64,000 nucleotides of DNA from Eledone cirrhosa. Taxonomy: Eukaryota. The stretch spans positions 5,394,001 through 5,458,000 of the forward strand of contig OZ024746.1 in the NCBI GenBank assembly GCA_964016885.1, given 5' to 3'. Made by a program: the position numbers and the translations under genes. The notes below the pieces were generated by a model, which searched no databases, was not told where the DNA came from, and saw only the letters and a list, made by a program, of their open reading frames with translations. Below are positions 56,601 to 64,000 of the stretch, piece after piece (positions within the stretch are counted from its first letter, which is position 1; each line of letters opens with the position of its first letter).

Positions 56601-58175
56601 GTGTAACCTCGATATTCGAGGTCCCGGTTATTCGCGGTATTTTACTTTGAACCTAACAAATAATTGTTCGTGGACACCACTCCATATTAGGTGAATTGTA
56701 AACATCTTCCGCGATATCTTTTACGGCTTTTTTCGTGGCAATATATATATACTTTACGTTTTTTAACACTAAATTATTAATAAAAATGTAAAATTGTGCC
56801 TTCACATAAGACGCTCCCTCTGATTAAACCAGTCGTGCATCGCGTCGCTTGTTTGTTTTAAATACAAGTACACTGTATCTTTTATTTCGTATCGCTGAGG
56901 TTTCAATCAAAGCTTGTTAGTATGGTGACATCTATCTATATTTCACACACATACACTCTTTCGCTGTATTTGTCTCTCAACACACAGTGGAGAGCACCAG
57001 TATTACTTGGGATAGCGATGACAGAACAAAGATATATAACACAGGCTGAACGTTACTTTTATACTAGTGCGTTTTTCATACACATTGTTTATATCAACAG
57101 GCTAAGGCCGAGAGTCGATATAGCCTCATTGAAATCCAGTCACTTGCTGGCCTCACTCTCTCTTATTATAGTATAGATTACTGTATAGGTAATCAAGTAG
57201 TAATACAAACTAATTTAAAAAAAAAACAGTATTGTTTTTAACCTCTGCTCAATCTCCCATTCGTAGTATACGCATATTAGCCGCAGGGATGATTTTTTTT
57301 TGTACGTTTTGTTGGGAAAAAACTGCGTCCAATACCTATCTCAAGTGTTTTATTGGGTGTTGTGTTTTTCGCAGTGTTTTTATTAAAGCCCTAAGATGCC
57401 GTCCAAAAGCCCTACACCTTCTAAAGCTGCTGGTAATGAACCTAAGCGCCAGAAGGTACAATTACTTCATATGCCGCAGTAGGTCCCTACTATGGCGTTA
57501 AGGAAAGCACCATACGTCACATAAAGAAGAACGAGGCAGCGGTCAGGACAACCGTAGCAGTACGTTTCTGTCAAAGTGCCAAAAGGATAAACACAGTGAG
57601 AAATAAGCACTTCATCAAGATGGAATTTGCCTTGGCATTGTGGATCATCGACTACAAAAAGAAAAAAACATCCCCCTGACCGGTAGATCATCCGCGAGAA
57701 AGAGCGGCAATAATACCAGCAGTTCGATAGAGGTGACGAAGCAGAAGGCACCGAAGGACGATCGATAGCACCGGAGCCGAAGGTTTCAAGCCAGCAAGGG
57801 ATGGTTTGACCGATTCCAGAAACGGTTTAAAATAAAGTGTTTCCTTGCATGAAAAGACAGCATCAGTCGACAAAGAAGCCGCCAAGAAGTACTCGGAGAC
57901 CTTTAGGAAGGTCATCGAGGACAAGTGATAGAAGCAGGAACAGGTTTTCAATATGGATGAGACTGGCTTGTTCTGGAAGAAGATATCATGAAGGACGAAG
58001 CCAGAGCCCCAGGATTTAAGGCACAGAAGGAGATAGTGACGCTCATTGTGTGTGGCAATGCTGCTGGCATCATGATGAAACCAGTCCTTATCTACAAGTC
58101 CGCGCAACCCAGAGCCTTCAATAATAAGAATAAAAACCTGCTGCCTGTCCACTGGATGCACAACCAAAAGGCCTA
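56599..58175 (+). mobile_element. Tigger/pogo DNA transposon, 3'-truncated, with a transposase pseudogene
   Basis: CAGTGTAACCTCGATATTCG TIR-like start; FQASKGWFDRFQKRF, QVFNMDETGLFWKK, APGFKAQKEIVTLIVCGNAAG..KPVLIYKS..PVHWMHNQKA. Confidence 0.9.
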
Positions 58176-58449
58176 TTTATACATATTTATACTTATATTT
58201 ACATGCATATATGTATAGACATAACACACACACACACACACACACGCACACACACACACACACACACACGCACACATATATAGATAGATATATATAAAAC
58301 ATATATATATATTTATATGATAACACACACACACACGTATATATAGATACACACACGCGCACACATATATGTATATAAACACGTGTCTAACCTGTGTAAG
58401 TAGAGTATGTTAGTCGATGATATATGTCAGTGAGTGTCAGTTAGATGTC

Positions 58450-58594
58450 TATACACACACACTCTCATATATATATATATATATACACACACTCTCACAC
58501 TCTCATATATATATACACACACAATCTCATATATACATATATACACACACTCTCATATATATATATATATTTATACACACACACTCTCACATTG

Positions 58595-58658
<64 letters not shown>

Positions 58659-58867
58659 TCTCACACTCTCATATATACACACACTCTCACACTCTCATAT
58701 ATATATATATATATATACACACACACTCTCACACACTCATATATACACAGTCTGACACTCATATACACACACACACTCACACTCTCATATATATATATAT
58801 ACACACACACTCTCACACACTCATATATACACACTCTGACACTCATATACACACACACACACTCACA

Positions 58868-58910
<43 letters not shown>

Positions 58911-58917
58911 TCTCACA

Positions 58918-59001
<84 letters not shown>

Positions 59002-59171
59002 AACCAGTAAGACCCCGACGGCTGAGCTCAAGCCGTTTCGACGGCTAATGTCGAAACGGCTTGAGCTCAGCCGTCGGGGTCTTACTGGTTCCTATTACCC
59101 ACTCTACTACCCCAAGTATTGAGTACTTTGGTGCGTTATGGTCCACCTGGTTCCTTACCACATTTCCTTCG

Positions 59172-59224
<53 letters not shown>

Positions 59225-59276
59225 CTCACACTCTCATATATATATATACACACACACACTCTCACACTCTCATATA

Positions 59277-59319
<43 letters not shown>

Positions 59320-60042
59320 TCTCACATTCTCATATATAGATATGTATATATACACACACTGTCACGCACTCATATATAGATAGATATATATACACACACT
59401 GTCACACACTCATATATATATATATATATATATACACTGTCACGCACTCATATATAGATATATATATATACACACACTGTCACACACTCATATATAGATA
59501 TATATATATACACACACTGTCACACACTCATATATAGATATATATATACACACACACTGTCACACACTCATATATAGATATATATATATACACACACTGT
59601 CACACACTCATAAATAGATATGTATATATACACACACTGTCACACACTCATATATAGATATGTATATATACACACACTGTCACACACTCATATATATATA
59701 TATATACACACACTGTCACACACTCATATATAGATATATATATATACACACACTGTCACACACTCATATATATATATATATACACATACTGTCACACACT
59801 CATATATATATATATATATACACTGTAACACACTCATATATAGATATATATATATACACACACTGTCACACACTCATATATATATATATATACACACACT
59901 GTCACACACTCATATATATATATATATATACACACACTGTCACATACTCATATATAGATATATATATATATACACACACTGTCACACACTCATATATAGA
60001 TATATATATATACACACACTGTCACACACTCATATATAGATA
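58450..60042 (+). repeat. Microsatellite-derived minisatellite (CACACACT[C/G]TCACACACTCATATATA...)
   Basis: Repeating ~35-40-bp units built from (CA)n and (TA)n. Confidence 0.9.
58997..59173. mobile_element. Family P element with a terminal palindrome
   Basis: 58997-59040 is inverted at 59052-59094; part of the centre is deleted. Confidence 0.85.
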
Positions 60043-60547
60043 TGTAAGCGTGCGCGCGCGTAGTGTATGAATGAAAACTGGTGGAATGAAGTGTATAAGT
60101 GAATTAGAATGAAGTGAAAATTGTAGTAGATTGAAGGGGGAGGGGGGCGTGGTAGAGGGGGAGAGAGACTGTGATGTGATAGACAAGGGGAGGAGGGGGC
60201 GGAGGAAAGATGGAAGATGTGAGAATGGAGGGATAACTGTGTGAGTTAATGTCAGTGAAACGCGCGCACAGACACACAGACACACAGACACACACATATA
60301 TATGTATGTGTATGTATGTATGTATGTATGTATGTAGGTATGTATGTATGTGTATGTGTGTGTGTGTATATGTATGTATGTGTATGTGTATATGTATGTA
60401 TGTATGTATGTGTGTGTGTGTATATGTATGTATGTATGTATGTGTGTATATATATATAAATACATTAAGCGAGAAACTAATAAGACTTTGTTCATGTATC
60501 TTCTTGTTTGTTTGTTTCTTGTATTGTTGATATATATATATACATAT

Positions 60548-60649
<102 letters not shown>

Positions 60650-60675
60650 TTATATATATATACATATATATATAC

Positions 60676-60840
<165 letters not shown>

Positions 60841-60993
60841 AAAGTTAAACAAGGTTCAATGAATAAATCAAAGAATGAGTTTTACAATAGATTGGAAGCA
60901 CTCAACAGATATGGTTTTCCAGAGTTATTAATATTAATTCAAAATATTAACAAAATAGATATTCTTGTGATATTATATATTATATATAATATA

Positions 60994-61060
60994 TATTTTA
61001 TTATACATATTCCAGAGGTACTGAGTTAACTTCGACAGTACGTCCTCATCAGATAAAATA
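60994..61060 (-). ncRNA. Type I hammerhead related to family A (GGAA instead of GAAA)
   Basis: TATTTTAT-CTGATGA-GGACGTACTG..CAGTACCTCT-GGAA-TATGTA-TA-ATAAAATA. Confidence 0.65.
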
Positions 61061-61310
61061 AGATGATGCATGACATTCCCTGACATAGTAGATGGTTAAG
61101 ATCCAGTGATGGTAGTGAGTAAGATGTGACAAAACTCAATATTTATATACCTTAATATTGAGAACATGAGAAAATATATAATACAATAGAGAGGGTGCGT
61201 GTGAGAGAGTTTAAAACATACTTGGTAGCAATATAACTGTTAAATATTTTAAATTACTGAAGAAAGATGAAAGAAAGGAAAGCATAAAGGAAGAAACAGA
61301 TGAGGGGATA

Positions 61311-61339
<29 letters not shown>

Positions 61340-61349
<10 letters not shown>

Positions 61350-61715
61350 TATGTACACGTACATACATATATGTATACCGACGTACAGTAGTATGTATAT
61401 ATATATATATACATACATGCACACATATATATATATGCACGTATGGATTCACCGAACATTTATTATAATGCTCGGTGTATTTGTAAACAAACATCCCGTA
61501 TTAAGCCGTAGTGTCTAGCAACCACCGTTGCTCGTTTGTTCAACACTGACAACGGAACGCTGTACTAGTTTCAAGCTTGTTAGCTATCGTCAGCAACGTA
61601 TACCTTCCTGCCAGATTGTTGAACGTATATACTTACCTTATGCGTATATACTTACCTTAAGTAACAGCCGTACTAAGAGTGGGAAATGAAATATCGTTTC
61701 ATTTTTTTCCGTTTA
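61340..61715 (-). mobile_element. Family C element, second copy
   Basis: Reverse complement of ~52520-52830, plus the 52400-52460 segment in the opposite relative orientation. Confidence 0.75.
61557..61599 (-). ncRNA. Minimal type I hammerhead, family C, intact core
   Basis: ACGTTG-CTGACGA-TAGCT-AACA-AGCTT-GAAA-CTAG-TA-CAGCGT; palindromic stem III ACTAGT, GUA site. Confidence 0.75.
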
Positions 61716-61778
61716 TGTATATATATATATATATATATATATTATCCCCTCATCTATTTCTTCCTCTATGCTTTCCTT

Positions 61779-61862
<84 letters not shown>

Positions 61863-62094
61863 GTATATAAATAATTCCGACCTTAACTATCAACGTATCT
61901 CTCCAAAAGTAACCAGTATAATAAAACCCCTACCATAACATTTTGATTAAGATATCTGCAAGCCACTCTCTCCTACTTCTCCAACCCTGCATATCTTTCT
62001 TTCTCTCTCCCTCTTCCCTACTTTTCTCTCTTCCTTTTCTACTCTATCTTCCCCAACAATCCCACTTAAGGGTATTTACATTGTACATTTTACC

Positions 62095-62218
62095 ATTCTG
62101 CTCTGAGGAAACAGTGGTCACAGCATTGGATATTTGAGTTCTGCAAGTACTTGTGAATTTGCACGTAGCATAACTAGGCTGTAGTACCACCGTGGAAACA
62201 TTTGTAAGCACACGGAAT
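62095..62218 (+). ncRNA. Type I hammerhead with a long stem II, family D
   Basis: TGCT-CTGAGGA-A-ACAGTGGT..ACCACCGT-G-GAAA-CATTTG-TA-AGCA followed by AATAAA; preceded by a CT-rich tract. Confidence 0.55.
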
Positions 62219-62257
62219 AAATTACATTTTTATGATGTCTCCCTGTTATTATTCATT

Positions 62258-62346
<89 letters not shown>

Positions 62347-62516
62347 TATGTATGTATATGTATATATATATGAAGGAAAGCATAGAGGTGCAGGAGGAGG
62401 GGGAGGTGGAGAGGGGGGGTAATAGTTTGAACAAAGTATAATATCATTGAAGGAGAGATAGAGATGGCTAGAGGTATAGGGTTCGTCTCGAACCAGTAAC
62501 ACTATATATATATATA

Positions 62517-62621
62517 TAGGAACGAGTAGGACCCCGACGGCTGAGCTCAACGGCTAATTCTGAACTAAAATAATTATTACCCACTCTACTACCCTAAGTA
62601 TTGAGTACTTTGGTGCGTTAT
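62517..62621. mobile_element. Family P element, internally inverted and deleted
   Basis: Same arrangement as 51917-52058. Confidence 0.75.
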
Positions 62622-62709
62622 ATGCAGATGTTATATTTAATTTAAAAATTAAAAAAATGTTTACAACTGATATAAAGCACTCAACAGTTTAGTGGAGTAA
62701 ATATACAAT

Positions 62710-63593
<884 letters not shown>

Positions 63594-63733
63594 AACTAAT
63601 ATTAACATTTTGTACTGCCTCTTCGCTGAAAAGTGAAAAACAAAAACAATAACAAGGAGTGCAGTTACGAACTGTGTTGGTATTAGGTTCACGCTTGGGA
63701 GGTGTGTGGAGGTATGCGCGTGTGTGTGCGTGT

Positions 63734-63808
<75 letters not shown>

Positions 63809-64000
63809 GCGTGTGTGTGTGTATGTACTTCCGTATATGGTTGAAGGCAGCTAGAAAAGAGTACTCAATACCGAATACCCTTTGATAAACAGACGAAACT
63901 CCAGAGTAACAGGACTCACTATTTAGCGTTAATAAAATGAATATATATTTATATACATATATGCATATACATACTTATATATATATATACATACATCTCT

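Overview
AT-rich, microsatellite-saturated animal genomic DNA, intergenic or intronic. The dominant tRNA-derived SINE and the repeat landscape suggest an octopus (coleoid cephalopod); this is an inference. No host protein-coding exon could be supported, and nearly all listed ORFs are microsatellite artefacts. The window is a patchwork of mobile-element debris: about 12 SINE copies, RTE, L1/Tx1-like and CRE-like LINE fragments, three copies of a non-autonomous RTE derivative in (TATG)n, a complete non-autonomous Helitron, a Tigger/pogo remnant, several MITEs, and a 1.4-kb palindrome made of a Penelope-like (GIY-YIG) 3' end. The main signal is a set of minimal type I hammerhead ribozyme motifs from at least five unrelated sequence families. 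They lie in short non-coding elements in or near (TA)n tracts, often as inverted duplications, and some families show compensatory base changes. This suggests several families of Penelope-mobilised, retrozyme-like elements. All structures were folded by eye and none is experimentally or computationally verified.
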